From assembly GCA_973851085.1 (NCBI GenBank), contig OZ316776.1, positions 10,354,001 through 10,418,000 of the forward strand: 64,000 nt of DNA, read 5' to 3'. A model generated the notes under the pieces. That model worked only from the letters and a program-made list of their open reading frames with translations, did no database searches and was not told the origin of the DNA. A program made the translations under genes and the position numbers. Of the stretch, positions 13,398-28,083 are shown piece after piece. Each line of letters opens with the position of its first letter. Positions within the stretch are counted from its first letter, which is position 1. Source of the DNA: Ptychomitrium polyphyllum (lineage: Eukaryota).

Positions 13398-15741
13398 AAT
13401 TTTGGCAAAAGTGGGTGTCTAGTTCTTTAGCTACTAAATTTTTAATATTCTTTGATTAAAATGGAATTGTTTAAGGATGTTGGTTATAGTTTGATAAGAA
13501 TGAAGTTTATTTTGTTAATGAGTGCAATGTATTATTATAACCATCCAATTATTACAATCATTTGTCCAATCATATTATTAGTGATTTAAATTGCAACAAA
13601 AATATTGCTCTAAAATTTGATTTATACATATTATTAATTGATTGATTTGTAAATGATATTGTGTAGAGAAATTAATCTTCATGGGCAAAATTTGGAGTAA
13701 TTTCTTTAAGCAAATCCATTTGCAATAATTTTAAGTTAGATATACATTGCATCCTTAGATCACATAAAATGCCATTTTGAAATCTATAAAAGAAATCAAT
13801 ATTGTGAAAAAAATATTGGTTAATTCTTTATATATTACTTTTTTTTGCGTGAAATAAATTTTGTCATTTTGAAGAATTGATCATCAATTTGCAAAATGAA
13901 ATATTTTAAGTTAGAGCTTGGAAGTTCTATAATAAAATCTATAAATAAAGGAGGTTACAAGACTTCAAAGATTAAAAGTAGATGTAGAAGTCCATATGAT
14001 TGATGTTGTGATACTTTAGCTCTTTTACATGTAGTACATGACTATGAGAAATCCTTTACATACTTTCACGTTTGAGGCTACTAATAATTTCAAGCAATCA
14101 ACCCCATAATCTTATTAAAGCCAAAAAATTGAGTAGTAGGGAAATCAAGGCATACGTGAGGATCTTATATTCTATGGATATTGAAAGCACATACAAAAGT
14201 CCTTTATAATACATAAGATTATATTAGAATTTAAATTCTTCACTACTATTAAAATATTCTTTACTATTATCCAAGCATTTTTTTTATATTCACAACAAAG
14301 AAGGTTGTTTTTTCAAAATCCTTTATAGTTATTTTAAGAAAACGTGTCTTCAAAATTCAACAATGCTAATATTTTTTAATTGGAGGCTTCCTAACTTTAA
14401 AATAACACGCTTTTTTTGGTTTAAAATTGCATATCCTTCTTAAAAACTAAATATGCTCATCAATAAAGAACACTAGATTTCCATTGAAAGATTATGTTTT
14501 AATATGTAATGATAAAGTTAAAGTAAGACATTGATATGTTCTGTTTAACTTGGCAATGGTTTAAAACATGTGCACTCATAAAATATTCAAGATTTTTAAG
14601 GCCCTTATATACTATTGTAATATGCTATGCTCTTTCAAGTATATGGAGCCACTCTTCAAAAGCATCAATAATTGAAAAAGTTCTTTGTTATAATTTCATT
14701 ATTGATTTTTTGCTATTTAAAGAGCAAAATGCAATGGGGTGGATGTTTGACATCACATCTTATTATGTAAAACATACATGAAATTTTTTTTCTATTCTTA
14801 AACTTGGAACTTTAAAAATCAAATACATTGCATCTTTGTATTGCTTCCATTCAAAAATACATTTTGTTTTATACACAGAACAAAATATTACAATAAGAGC
14901 ATAATATGTAAACCTCCTTAAGCATAAATATGCTGTTGGATTTAGTTTTAGAAATTTAATTTACAATTCAACTCTTAATATAATTCAGTTTTCCCTCAAA
15001 GTCTAGAATAAACGAAATTGGTAGACAACAACAGCTTAACAATTGCTCATTCTTGAATGATACGGTAAGGTTGAGTGTCCATTCACTGTACCCTGCCTGA
15101 CATCGGACACCAGCTACAAAAGGGATTTTCATTATGTGACCTTTCTTCGTCCAATGCAGTAAAGGGCTCTCAGCAAATTTGAAACAAAACAGACCTTATT
15201 TTTTTTTGATTTGTCATTTCGCTGTATAAAAGATTTTCTCATTTTTCTTTTAAAGAGTAATTCCAATTTAGGAAAGAACAATCATACCAAATTTGAGAGG
15301 GCAAAAGCTTCTGGATTGTTGTGGGGAAGAATTTTTTTTCATTGCCTGTGCAGTCATCGGCATAAATTTCGAAGGTATGCAGCAAGCAGCATTATAATAT
15401 GGTAGTTACGAACCCATAAACAATTCAGTGAAGGAGATGGTACAAGTGGATACACCGTAAAGAAAGTATGCAAATGTAGAGATGAGATGATATATGAAAT
15501 TATACAGAAGATTTCATGAGCGTAAGAAAAGGTAATAACTTAGCACTGGACCGATGAATCTGATCAGCATGGGATGGGATAATTATACTACAAAAGTTAC
15601 ACCCTAAGAAAAATCGTTGTAACAATGACTGGGTGGGAGCACTCTCAGATACAAAACTTTCCATTCTGTAGTATCATATCATGTACAACGGCGTGGCTAT
15701 GGATGCTGGTGCCAAGCAAATCAGCTGGAATGAGCTCATGA

Positions 15742-17874
15742 CTACGCAGTGAACAGTCCACAGCTGCAGTAGTCTCCGCTTCGTGAGCCGACCACGTCCT
15801 CGATTTCCAGCGACACTTCGTTGCGCCTCATGAATGGCAGCGTGAATGGAGGATTGTACTGCCAGCAGAGCCACCACAATACTCGGCACCTCAGCAAGAT
15901 CTTCAATGCAACCACAATTGATGAACCAATCAAGACGCAACAACATTCAACCATGCCAAGACAATAGCATCCTATTACTGTACTAGTGATGTGGTAGAAG
16001 AGCACCTGTGCCACTTCAGGCTGCGCATCAGCTTTTACGCGCACCACAGGGTCCTTGAGGAGTGCCCTGCGCAGCGCTTGCTCCCGCCGCTTCACCTCGT
16101 CGTCTGTCACGAATCCTGAGAACACTGCCACCGCTACCTTCTTGGCTGGCACTCTCCGAATGCTCACTGCTGAGTCCACAGGCAAAGGCGTGTCCTCGTT
16201 GTACTTGGCTGGCAACACAAACGACATTCGCCATTGCCCTTCTCCTGTCCCCCTCTGCACACCCGTCACTCGTCGCCATCAGCATGCTTGCATTTCTGTC
16301 TGTCATGGACCAAGTAGAACAATGGGACTTACACAGGTTTAAAGTACGGAATGATTAATGATTTGAGGATGTGTACCTGTTGAATGACAGGAGTGGTCAT
16401 ATCCATCTTCTCTCCTCCTGATTGACCTCTGTTTGTCATCACAGGTGTTGTCATTGCCATCTCCGACCTCTTCGAATTCTGCTTCAACAACGTTACCACT
16501 GGAGCTGTCAATATGAATTGCAGTCGCTTCAAAACCTTCACACTTCACCATATCCAAACCTGGCTTTCTTAACTAGAGAACTGCATTTATTGTCAATAGT
16601 ACAATCTATCATACTGAAGAACTATGGACAAGGTACTCTTGATGAAATCTTCAAGTACCAGCATGCACAGCGCTTCAAGTACAATCACAAAATGTTTACA
16701 AGAAAAGACTCAGCTCGTGTCAGTAGCACTTCGATCCTTGTACCTTGCCGAAGAGATAGGCCGCGAGAGTGTTGAAGGCTTGGCCAGAGCTGGAGAAATC
16801 AAAGCCGCTGCGCCCAGACATCGTTGTCTCAGCGACCACATAAGACTGACCAGGAGCACCCAAACACGTGTACAAGGAGCTTATCAACATAGTACTCATA
16901 TAACCTGCACATGGACGTGACAATTCATGTGCATGACCTATCATTCGACAAAGTACTATACATGATTCCTGCGCAGCAACTCTTGAACTCTACTTCTGTA
17001 AACTTGCTCCAAATCTCCACAGCCAATCTTGATAAAAACTGCTGTGAGCACATTAGCATCAGGTGGCAAAATAATGTGTGAGTACTCTCAGGAGGCGCTG
17101 ATGGCTCACCTTAATGTCCCGAATTTCATAGTCTGCTGTACGCCGAACAAGATCGTACGGTATAGTTTCCAAATCAGGCACTGAAACAAATCCGCACGAG
17201 GGTATCTCAGCTTAGACAATACGAGCTAACAACGCCATACCGGTGAAAATCATAACAACTTACTGCAACCTTGCAAATCAACTCCAAGACATCAAGAAGG
17301 AAAGAGAGGATGATAAGATGGAGGTATGTGACACGCCATAAAATACAAATGTCGGAGCAGAAGTTAGTAGAAAACTGCGATGAGCATGTCGTCAATAGCG
17401 TAATCAATGACGAAGCGAAAAAAACAGCATCAGGAGCTGCTCACCACTCATCAGAGACTCCTCAAAGTTCCTTGCATCGGTCGACCTCGGGGGATTTACA
17501 TATTTAGCAACTTCCATTACCAAATTCTGAAGAGCTGCGCAAATACACACGTATACAATCAGAATCACGAAGGCTGGATTCATATTTTGGTGACAAATGG
17601 GGGTGATTACCGCCTTCTGGAGTTCAAGAATGTTGATGCCAAACGTGGAGGAGCAACGAGGAAGAAAGGGCTTACAACGTTGCGACTGCGCGGCAGCTTG
17701 CTGCGAAAGGGCCTGCAGCAACGACAAGCGGTTGCTGCTGGCTGCGCTGCTCCTCCGCATCACCACTTGCATGCGCTTTCCTCGTGCGCGCTCAGAGTTC
17801 TCTTTACCAGTTCGGCACGGTTGCACGCCTCCAATTCTTGCTGCTGCCGCTGCCGCGCACTGCATCGTCGCCAT
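15742..17874 (-). CDS. SOUL haem-binding family protein (At3g10130-like, probable plastid transit peptide), 7 exons: 17676-17874, 17445-17534, 17110-17180, ~16744-16845, ~16377-16478, ~16006-16254, 15742-15858
   Basis: Motifs [34 protein letters not shown] (twice), [27 protein letters not shown] and [17 protein letters not shown]. Ala/Arg/Ser-rich N-terminus; GT-AG introns. Confidence 0.92.
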
Positions 17875-19282
17875 TCCTTCTCACCCTTTCCAATTCAATC
17901 GGGCACACGCTGCCCCTGCAGCATAGACACAATACTTTTTAGCTTATTACTGCTTTCCTACCCTGTTTCACTCGATTGCAGCTGAAACTGAGTGGTGGCT
18001 GCCAACCCCAAATCAATCTCAACATTCACCCAGAATCATATTCTTCCATCATCATCTAATTCCCAATACCAATGGGGAAATCCGAACTCTCAGTAATCCC
18101 AAACCTCGCGACTTTGAACAACCAAGTATTGCCCTAAATCCACATGGATGACAAAAACCATGGGCAAAGCACCGCAATTTTCCAAATCATCAAACAAAAT
18201 GGTCGAGCAAACAGTTAAAGCGAGTAGCAGAGCAAAGGTAGGGTGCAGGACCTTGACTACTAGAACCAATATGAGGGTTGCGCAACAGCACAGATGGTCT
18301 GGGCGCCACAATTGAGAGTCGAAGATAAAACACCGATCCCAACTGCCTTAAATTCTGTGATTGAAGTGAGAATGAATGCATGAGAATGCGGTGAGCGCAC
18401 CAGGGAACTTGAGAAGTGATAAGTGACGGGAGCGAGAGAGCGGTGAGCAAAAGGTGAGCAAGGATGAAGTGGGCTCATCTCACAGCGCCACACGCACGAA
18501 CCTATACACTACTGCAGTCCCCAAACCATTTCGACGGCTGCGATGCAGTGACTCGATTAAACGTGTCATCAGTGTACTCCATCCTAAGCAAATGCAGGAA
18601 GTCTGTCCAGTCAGTAAGGTTTGCGGTGGTCATTTGCGTTCAAAAGGTCGGAATTAGGCGGTTGAGAAATATGATATTAGTCTCGAATTGTAGTAGCAAA
18701 TATCACTTTTCGAATATGACCGCACTGTAGCCTTTTGTTCAAGACTTAACACTACGCTTAGAACCAACAGAAGGTGCATGCAACGAGTGAAATGTCTTTC
18801 GACTCACAGGCCATGATTAGTGAGCAGGTATTTCAACATGTAATAGCTAGACTCCAATTTCCAACAACATCAGGGATCCCGCAAGTAGTAGCCTCAAACA
18901 ACGTAGTCCTTAATAACAAAATGCAGCAGGAGTATAACGGATAAAATTTTAAGCAACGATAACGTATTTCTGCAACCAGAAGTGGAAGTCAAAAGTGACT
19001 TGTAAAGATCCAAATGGTGACGCAGATGAGCGGTCAACACGATATGTATTGTTTGTGAGGGTCCACTTATTAACAAAGCTGCATTTCCATTCTCTTAGGA
19101 AGAGTCATTGTTCAGTTGACGGCAAACCTTTAAGCGTCGCTCAAACTCTCTTGCTCTCACTCCCTGCTCATGTGTAACTACATACAAGTTCAGCCAATAC
19201 TACTATAGTGATCCTTCCGTGCTTATGTACCTTATGTGACATGTCATTGACACATACTAGCTCACAATGTACATATTTACGC

Positions 19283-22200
19283 TTATGAGGCCTCCTTGTG
19301 ACTCAGCTTTTCAGCCACGTATTTCTCAGTCTCAACCACTCCCGCCATGGCTGTTTTCACCATCTGTGATAAAAAAGAATTCACACACCATTCTCAGTCC
19401 TTGTTCCCTACTTGACCATGAGCTTCACAACCATGGCAATCGAACGATTCCCATCCATATCCCCTACATGTCCACGGACGACCATATGATAAAGAATCTC
19501 AACAAGTTCAAATCAAATAACATCAGATTTGGAGTTCGAGGACATACAAAGTCAATCTCTTCCGGGGAGGTGATAAGTGGAGGAGACATCATGATGATGT
19601 CGCCTGCCACGCGCACCAACATACCCCGCGATGCACATTGGCCACCGAAATGCGTTCCCACAGCTGCAACATAGCACATATCACTACGTTAACACCATCT
19701 CTATCTAGCACACCAACAATTCCCTACACTTGCCAGTTGGTCACAGAAATAACACAACAGGGATCCGATTCATACCCCATTTGGCAGGAAACGCTTCACA
19801 TGTTTCCTTGTCTGCAGCAAACTCGATTGCACAGACCAATCCTACGCCTCGCACCTTTATGAAAACACGAGTAATCGAAAGAATGTCCATCGTGAGATAA
19901 TGAATGTTTCATTCAGCATTAAGCAACATAAACATAGTCACTGTAAACTACGATACCTTGTCCATTCATGTAAACAGTAAACTGTCCTCCCGAAATTACA
20001 AATAGTGCACTCCAAATTCTCTTGATTCATCTCAACTTCCTCAAACGAAATAGTCGGAATTCTTCACAATCAAAAACGGAACAAAAATTGCAGTATTCGG
20101 CAATCGAGCAGGTCAAGAATGAAGAACCTCTCCAACAACAGAGCTCTTAGCGAGTTGCCTCATGCCCGCTTGAAACGGGGGTATAAGCTTGTTCACTTTC
20201 GCACAAATATCCATCTCCCTAAGAAACACAACAGGTGTCCCAACTACAAGTCCTCAGGGTACTTCACAAAGTTCTGAATTTCTTTGCCTTCCAGAATGAG
20301 ATAACTTCTAGACCATTGAACAAATGATACAAACCAACGAAGAAAAGAAGGTAGGAGATTTACGAAAACTCAATGAAATTTTTTTCCCATAACTATTAGA
20401 ATTCACACCCACAACTTACTTGTAAATCTTCAGTGCCTCCAACGACACAGCACATGGCACTGGATGGCCAGAATATGTGAACCCGTGCCCGAATGCGCCT
20501 GACATAGAAAAATACTCGATCAAAATTTTAAACTACATCATTCTTGACAAAGTACCAGCAACGCTCACTTTGAGATGACCAGGGACTACATTTTTAAACC
20601 CAAGCATATATCACCAGCCAATCTCCCAACCTCAACACTGCGAACGTTTGTACTACCTGTCAGGTGTGTGATTTTTACGCAACAACACAAACATACCGAA
20701 TCCATCGCTGAATTTAGCAATCGCATCAAAGATCTCTTGGCTGACGAAGACCGCTCCTATTGGCTGGTATGCCGATGATAGTGCCTATTGCCAAACCAAC
20801 ACATGTAGGGATTAACTACAGGAACACAGAGCCACAAACAGAATAGAATGGTGTTGGAGTCCTCCATTCTACTCATAGGCGATTTATGGATGGAAACTTT
20901 GGGCCGAAATTGATTAAAAAAACAGATTCAAACAAGTCCACATGAAACCTTGCCAAAAGCAACCCAGGGATGGTCATAGAATAACAACAAAGAGATGATG
21001 CGTTACCTTGGCAATGGTCACAAGGTCTGGCTTGATGCCGTAGTAGTCACACCCAAACATGGTGCCCAATCGGCCAAATGCACAAACGACCTAAAGCCGA
21101 ATAGTCCAAAACTTGATGAGAATTATTTCCTAAAACGGACTGATCAAGATCCCACTTCGAGAAATATGAAGTAGATAAAAAGTAATAAGATGCATGCACA
21201 GGGCTCTCTGCTCATGAATGAGCAACCAGCTAAAGTCAAAAGAACGTGACATGTTTGAGTTAAAAGATTGCAGTACCTCATCTGCAATCAAAAGGATGTC
21301 GTACTTCTTCAAGATGGGTTGAACCTGCAAATATCAAGGATTATGTAACCCCTCCTCACTACGAGCGAAATAGACAGTAGAGAATACGGACCCAGATAAC
21401 GACCGACACAAGGTTGAAGGAATCTAATGTCCTTGCCTGGAAATCCACCGTCTAATTACTTCGAGTTACACCGCAAAATCCTACTGACTTTTACACCTGA
21501 AATTAACTAGGCAAATATGTAGGGTCTAAAACCAACTTCCACAGCTTCTAATAACTATTGAAAAGGGGTTCGAGGTAAACCAATATTCGTAGTAAACGAA
21601 GAACTCTTCTAAAAACTCCCACATAAGCAATTATCAAATGCACTGGTCCAAGTGAGCTTAGAGAGAACGAGTATAGAGTGATAACCTTGTGCTTAACAAC
21701 CACAGATCTCGATCATCCAAATCCAAAGCACAACTAGACTAAACATAGCCGAAGGTTACCAGAAACTACTTCCCACCTTGTCCCAATATGTCTTGGGAGG
21801 TGGCATGACACCTCCAGCACCCATCACAGGTTCACCGATAAAGGCAGCAATCTGCCACCACATACTTTCCCGGTTTTTAATCTTTTCATCGGACTAGCCT
21901 GTAGAGAATGTAGACTAAGAAACTAGCTGTTCACAAAAATACAACACCCGTTCCCAAGCAAGAAGTTATATGCTTTTACCTTCTTACGATCGTGAAGTAC
22001 AACAGCAAATAGGCATTTAGCCCACTATTTGCTGAGTTTCTGATTGCTAGGAACAGTTGAGTAAGATATTCAAATATAGGATGTGAATTTACTTACGGTC
22101 TCAGGTCCCTCCTTCAGAATTAGCTTCTCCAAGTTCTCTGCCAGGCGTGTAGCGAAGTTTTCTTCGGATTCACCTGAGTAATATTTGAGAAGAATTAAAT

Positions 22201-24823
22201 GATTAATAAGGCCTCTTTTTTCTAACTACTTCCAGTATAAACAGTTTCCTGTGCTCAGCACACTTTTGACATCCGTACTGGTCAGAGCCAGGCCAACACG
22301 CGCACATCAAATATCTAACATACAATTGCGTTATCACCTCTCACGCCAGATCATAGACTCACCCAAAATCAAATGCATCCAATCACTGGAAAGTGAAGGT
22401 AACCTGGTAAATGGTAGCGCCAGTAGTGCGGGCAATCGGTGTGAAGGACAAATGAGACTGGCAAATCAAAACCATTCTGAAGAGATGGCAATCTGTACCC
22501 AAGCACAACACAACCCTGCATTGTATGAATTTGCAGCTCATGGTAAAGAATAAAAGTACACCAGCTACTTGATCCCTAATCTCGCCCCTAATAAATGAAC
22601 AACAGGTGAACAGGCCAACAAACTGGTTGTTTTTCGTGTTAACATTCTGTATAACGAAGTGTTTCAGAATCAGTCAACAAAGGAATATTTATTACCAATC
22701 AGTTCAAAACATAGGTGAGAAACTCTCGCTCAAGTCTCGCCATCCAGAGAATATGATGAGTATGAATACGTACCCGGTAAGACTTGCAGATATTAGTGTC
22801 GATCCATGATACCTGTTCAACAAAATTGTGGTATGGATTTTTAAATAATGCACGACCATATCCACAAGATGAAGATACTAATATCAGCTACAAAGCGCAT
22901 ATTCGGTAAATCCTTGGAAAAAAACTATCAAATTATATGCGGCACTGTTTTTATATGCTTCAGCCCATAATCCGGTGATCTTTCAAAATACAAGCTACGT
23001 TAAAGCAAGAATCATCGAATTCAACAAAGTTTTCGTTACTAAATTCTACACGATTTAAATCCACTTGAAAGTTGCAAAACTACAGAGGAAAAAAGTTAGG
23101 AGGGAATGCTTAAGGCGCCAGAATGAGATCATACGATTTCTGACGAGCAATAAACTTCTTCTTACTGGGTCGGCCTAGAGCATTGTTATAGTACCATACC
23201 AGTTTTACCTAGGAAAACACAAGAAAAACATCAACTATTTTCAACTTCGGTGATAATATCCCAACATTCATCAAAACGGCACACGATGTGAATCTAATTA
23301 TCATCACCTCATACTTACAATTTCGAGCAATACGGCGTTATACTTGGACGGGAGAAAATCAAATAACGACAGCAATACTAGATACCTACGGAACGGGGAA
23401 AAAATGCAACTTGAGAAAGCAACAGGAGTCAATATAATATTCACATCAACTTAAAGAATACCGTTAATAGAACAGTTGATGATGCATGACTTCTAGAACC
23501 TAGTCAGCTCGAGATTGGCCACATAAAGACTTGAGCAACGTACCTGAGTGTCATTCGCCTCTGAGCCACTGTTACAGAAAAAGACCTTACTCATTTTGGA
23601 GGCCGTAAACAAGTCGACCAGCTGCTCTGCTAAGTCCTGCATTACACTCAAGTTGAGTAATAAAAAGCCAGAATTAAAAAACTGATACTGTTTAAAAACC
23701 ACCAAACTTCTAAAACCCGACAATTAATTGCACACGCTGATTCTGAGAGATCTTGTTCCTTTCAATGGAACTGTAATGCCCGTCTCATAGTGAGGTTTCC
23801 AATAATTGGAGAATACTGCAAGATTCCGACACCAAAAAAGAAACCTAATTTAATATAGCTTCTCTTCTTATTTCAGTTTCGTTATCCAAAGTCAACAATT
23901 AGACAGAATTCAAAATATCACTGTAGCATTAAAACAGCTCGTAGAATCTGATCAGCAGACTAACCAAAGCTGGCTGTGTCGTTCGGTTCCAAAAATTATG
24001 ATAGAAAGGCAAGGTGCTCAATTGCTTTTCTGCAGCTGCTACGAGGCGCTTTTCACTGAAACCTGCCAGACAAGAAAAGGGATTTTCATTTGTAAAAATC
24101 ATACAATGAGAACAGTGCATCCACAATCACGGGAATGAGCTGTCGCAAAGTAGCGTGAAATCCGAAGTAATTGAATATGGAAATAAAAATTCAGGTCATG
24201 GAGTTACCCAAAGCCGTGCACCAGAGGCCTGCCAATGCATCAATATATTTGTTGCCTTTGTTGTCCCATACGTACACTCCCTGTGCAATACACGGCGTCT
24301 CAGAGTTAAAGCCCATCACTACGTCGTTTGGCATCATCTCAAAACACAAGTGCAAGTGCAAGTGGCCTCAGATCCAGAAGCCAGAGTAGGCCAAAGAAGA
24401 CACACCTCTCCTCGTTCAATCACCAACGGCACGCCCGCTTTCATTTGCCATCCCGCTGTGAAAGGTGCCAACATGCTGTGCTCACTCCCTCTGCAATCCG
24501 TTACATCAACTTCAAATTAGTACTTGCATGATGACAGCACAGCGTTCCATCCCCAACATAACCTTTATTCACTAAAGCCGATGTAGAAAACTAAAACACA
24601 CAACTAGTTTACAGTTACTGCAACACCACCACAGGCAGCGAACGACTCTGCAAAGAGAATAACTCGAATTGAGATCCAACAACCCTAAAGAGCAATACCG
24701 GTGCTCCTTGGCTGCTTCCTTTGTGTGCTGGATTGTGTCCGCGGCAGATGGCTGTGCCTTGGTATTGACAAAGGTGTCCGACACACCCATGTTCTGGATT
24801 CCATCGTTAAGAGTGGACGCCAT
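19283..24823 (-). CDS. POP2: Gamma-aminobutyrate transaminase (class III PLP-dependent aminotransferase), 18 coding exons; start codon uncertain
   Basis: Exons encode [129 protein letters not shown] (PLP lysine), [10 protein letters not shown] and [20 protein letters not shown] stop at 19283-19285. Confidence 0.93.
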
Positions 24824-26094
24824 GTTCTCGAAGCTGGATGAAAGCGGACCCACAATATCAAACTGCAACAATTTCGAGGAACGTAAACCCAGTTCCAAAC
24901 GAAGATTCTTTCAGAAACGAAATAAGCACGTGTAAACTTACCGTCTCTTCTCTCACACGAAAAATACAATTACACACCCGCTTACCTACACCATCCAAAC
25001 GCAAACCGGCCAAGACGTAAACGAGAACGAACACCCACCTGAAAAAAGGAACGGTCTTTGGACTCTTGGTTTCCCAAAGACACAAACTTGGATCTGCCAA
25101 GTACAATACTCGGATAGGAGAAACTCCTAGACCACCAAAGGTGCAGTCTTTGCAGCAGTAAAGGAACAAACAAGGATCTCCAAGGTACAGTACTAGAAAC
25201 TAGAAACTCCTGCACGACCACCAAGTCCAGCTCAAGAAGGAATGGACGTAGGGGACTGCGAGAAGGAAGAGCTGCAAGAGAGCTTAAAAGGCCAAGTGTA
25301 GGACATGGAAGACGACCGGGAATGCTAGGATGCTGGGAATCTCGGCTGATGGCAGGAGTCGCACTCTCATTCCCTCGGTGATGACAAGCACGAGCAGCAG
25401 CAGGTGAGTGTCGCAGTGACGCAGTCCCCCAAAGCTCCCACCTTGGCATTTAGAGAGTGAATCGGATCCTCAGCAAAGCGGACGAATTGCGGCACTCGCA
25501 GTGACTCAGGAAAGCCTGTTGAAAGCGTCTGCTCCTCACCCCCATCCCATGGCATCTCTGCTTCCCCTTCCCCTTTCTTCAGTCATTTCTGATTTCCATA
25601 AACAGTATAATACTGCGATCAATCCTGATTGCCACGCTGGCTGTCATGCTCTCATGACCACTTCGTGTCTGCAACAGATAACACAAGGACCGACAGCTGT
25701 AACCGGCACTCCACCCGGAACCCACGTTGTCTACCTGTAGCCGACATTCCCTGCATGGAATCTACGAATGCTGGTCTTTTATGCACTCACATACCAAGCT
25801 TTGAAGATTTTGTGAAGTGAAAGGAATGCCGCTGGTAGATAATATTGAATTTGTGTATAGTGATTTGTAAGAGACTGTAAGTAGGCTTTCCTTGTGAGTC
25901 CATGACCCATTCAAGTCTAGAAAAAGGTTAAATCCCTTGTAATGAGGGAAAGAGCGGCGTGGCCAGAGTGATTGGCACAATGTGCCACAATGCTCAATTT
26001 GGCCGGCCGATTCCTTGTCCTGTGGCGGGCAGCTTCAAACACTGTTTGCCTGAACCCTGACTTTGCATAATGTCTCGCATGCACCCCTCAAGAT

Positions 26095-26917
26095 TGTTGC
26101 AACCCTTCTAATGCACCTTTAACAAATGTCATACATGCCAACCCTGAATATCCTCACATGCACATGATTAGCTTCCATTCCCATCTTCCAAGTCCCAAAA
26201 CTTGGTTTTCAATTCTTCCTACTCATTTCTTTTAGGACATCCAGTTGTTTGGTAGCCAATTATTAGGTGCAAATTTCCATTCATGTCCAAGGCCTGACTT
26301 GGTATTACTCCCATTCCATATGGCCTAACTGCACTTAGTGGTGTTTCTTCAGCACCAGTCATGATTCCTGTGTGATCCCATGATCATTCCAAGCCATTAT
26401 AGTGCCGGTGTGAAGACACCACCCCAATATTGTGATAACTCTTGTACTCTTTAAAACTTACTAGTTCCTTCGTGAAACCGGCCATCTATCGGCTCACAAT
26501 GGTGTGGGAGTCCCCGTGGTGAAGTTCCAATACTAGCTCCATACACCAAGATTCACCTTTGCTTACTACCGAGACACTATGGGAGTGGAAAGGGAGACCA
26601 ATCCTCCTTATAATACTCTCTATGGGATTTTGGAGGCCCTTTGGCCCTCTATAGCTGGCCAAACTCCGGCATAGCCAAAACTTTGGAAGACCACCCGATC
26701 TCCCTTGGAACAGCCGTTGGAAGCCTCCGAAACTTCCTGCGGACCTTCATGGATCAATATCTTGCCTGTCCGATCACCAATTCTATCAAGCAACCACTCC
26801 ATCGTCATTTACTCTTTGTGTGGATGCCAATAGACTCTTCAAACGTCTAATTTAAGTTAGTAATTTGGAAAATATGCCTCTTTCAAAGTTTAGGATTCCC
26901 AAGGAGTTTTTTCTTGT
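26095..26917 (-). mobile_element. Truncated older LTR of the tRNA-iMet gypsy family, interrupted by the LTR starting at 26918
   Basis: Begins TGTTGCAACCCTTCTAATGCACC and is colinear with the first ~820 bp of the LTRs at 26918 and 33553, then breaks exactly where the next LTR begins. Confidence 0.8.
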
Positions 26918-28083
26918 TGTCGCAGCTCTTGTAATGCACCTTAATAAACGTCACGTGCATAAACCATGTACACCTCTACATGCACATGGTTAGCCCCCAT
27001 TTTCATTCTCCAAGTCCTAGGCTTAGTTTCCAATTCCCCCTACCATTTCTCTTAGGACACCCAATTGATTGGTAACCAATGGTTAGGTGCGGACTTCCAT
27101 TCATGTCCAAGGCCTCACTTAGTGTTACTTCCATTCCACACGGCCTAACCACACTTAGTGGTGTCTCTTCACCACCACTCATGATCCCCATATGATCCTA
27201 AGATCACCCCGAGCCATCATAGTGCCGGCGTAAAGACACCACCCCAACTTAGTGGTAACAAGCTTGTCACTTTTAATCTCACTAGTTTCCTTTGTGAAAC
27301 TGGTCATCCACTGGTTCACAATGGTGTAGGAGTCCCCATGGTGAAGCCCCAACACTAGCTCCACGAACCAGAACTCATCCTTAATTCCTACCAGGACACT
27401 AGAGGCGTGCAGAGGGGGACTAGCCCTCTTCTATAGTACTCTTTGTGGGATTTGGCAGGCCCCCTGGCCCTCTGTAGCTGGCTGAACTCCGACACACCAA
27501 AACTTTTGGAAGACCATCCGATCTCCCTTCAGACTTAGTCGTTGAAAGGCTCCGGGACTTCCTATGGACCTTCAGGGAGCCATATCTTCCACGTTTGGTA
27601 TCCAAATCTATCAAGAGATCATTCTATTGTCATTTATTCCTTGCGTACATGCTGATAGACTCCTCAAATATCCAATTTGATTTAGTATTTTGAGAAATAT
27701 GCCTCTTCTAAGGTTTGAGACTTTCGGGGAGTCCCTCCCTATACTGTCCCAGTCTAGAACAAACACTGTGTAGGGCTGCCACAGTCCAGAACAACCTCTT
27801 GGCAACCCCAATTTTGGGATGCCATAACTTTTAGCTCCCTTGTTTGATTAGAGCAATCTTTAGCATTCTAGAATTAGCTCTTTGTGATTCCTCTAATGCC
27901 TACAATTTATCCCTCGTGGCCCTCCGTCAACATGGGCAAGGATGTTTCTCCTCCTAGGGGTCCTTCCCACGCTAGGCCTACTCGGTTCCCCTCACTATCG
28001 GCGCCACAAGTCCCAAACGTCACTCTAGGGTCTCCCTTGTGCCTTTAGTGTTGCGGGCACTCCTCAAAGAGAGGTGTGCGACA
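26918..28083 (-). repeat. 3' LTR of the tRNA-iMet chromovirus (~1166 bp)
   Basis: TG..CA ends with TGTCGC/GCGACA inverted termini; homologous to 33553-34698. Confidence 0.88.

Larger units (their letters stand above)
10250..15000. other. AT-rich, CpG-depleted intergenic region made of decayed transposon or gene relics
   Basis: Abrupt shift to high AT with very few CG dinucleotides and no long ORFs; contains the kinase relic and LTR relic listed separately. Confidence 0.6.
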
